Assembly (NCBI GenBank): GCA_013812385.1
Contig: JACCTM010000492.1
Coordinates: forward strand, 1 to 28,326
DNA from: Geodermatophilaceae bacterium
GTDB lineage: Bacteria > Actinomycetota > Actinomycetes > Mycobacteriales > Geodermatophilaceae
Direction of reading: 5' to 3'
DNA: 28,326 bases
In this document: one piece after another, positions 27,998 through 28,326 of the stretch
How the letters are laid out: each line of letters starts with the position of its first letter
How positions within the stretch are numbered: the first letter of the stretch is position 1
The notes under the pieces: model-generated
Told to the model about the DNA's origin: nothing
Database searches by the model: none
What the model saw: the letters and a program-made list of their open reading frames with translations, nothing else
Program-made: the position numbers and the translations under genes

Positions 27998-28326
27998 GTG
28001 TCCGGCTCGCCTTTTCAGGGCAAGAAGAAGAGCGCAGGGGATAAGGCGCGCCCGGATGCGCACAAAGTGACAGCGGCTACGACTGGCCCACGGCCGGTCG
28101 GCGCGCGCTTTCCGCATGGTGCGACGACCGAGAGTGCCGCGTCGTCGCAGGGCGCAAGGAGTGGCGAGCGGGTCAGTATCTACGGCGGACGACCGGAGAA
28201 GCCGGTGGGCGCCCGGTTCCATGCGCAGGATTCGACGGGGTCAACTCGCCCGCAATCCGGACGTTGGAGGCTGCGGAACTGGCGGCTGAGGTCCAGGTTG
28301 GTCGTCTTGCTGGTGATCCCGCTGGT
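27998..28326 (+). CDS. N-terminal fragment of a probable membrane sensor histidine kinase (NIT-domain / conservon CvnA-like), truncated by window end
   Basis: Frame (not in the supplied ORF track) is open from 27899 to the end. From GTG 27998 it gives a low-complexity N-terminus, then RWRLRNWRLRSRLVVLLVIPL, the basic/Trp motif plus first TM I recall from these kinases. Start codon uncertain. Confidence 0.6.
   Translation, partial: MSGSPFQGKKKSAGDKARPDAHKVTAATTGPRPVGARFPHGATTESAASSQGARSGERVSIYGGRPEKPVGARFHAQDSTGSTRPQSGRWRLRNWRLRSRLVVLLVIPL

Noticed and set aside
1-28326. rRNA, tRNA, CRISPR array, LexA box (TCGAAC-N4-GTTCGA)
   Set aside because: None seen. The window is almost fully coding and the short intergenic regions lack these signatures.

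Overview
High-GC actinobacterial chromosome segment; finer taxonomy cannot be fixed from this window. It carries the distal division/cell-wall (dcw) cluster: murF (5'-truncated), mraY, murD, ftsW, murG, murC, ftsQ, then ftsZ, pgeF, yggS, sepF, yggT, divIVA. Next come ileS on the - strand (class-2 IleRS preceded by a complete actinobacterial translational Ile T-box riboswitch), a K+/H+ antiporter, a histone-like/DksA fusion (DdbA-type), lspA, rluD, a CPBP protease, a GNAT, dnaE1, and the start of a probable membrane sensor kinase running off the right edge. Most of the window is conserved housekeeping DNA. The non-routine parts are: (1) a 3x17-nt repeat at the murG-murC junction forming two tiny overlapping ORFs that bridge the only gap in an otherwise continuous stop/start-overlap chain from murF to ftsQ; (2) a ~2.8 kb accessory block between ftsQ and ftsZ (AhpD-like, MmcQ/YjbR, P-loop kinase, a doubly damaged nucleotidyltransferase pseudogene, and an antisense orphan with a C3H motif); (3) a tandem-repeat leader upstream of divIVA; (4) a phased T-TTT-TTT heptamer in dnaE with an immediate -1-frame stop. 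No rRNA, tRNA, CRISPR array, transposase or integrase was seen. All family assignments come from motif recognition by eye; no database search was run.
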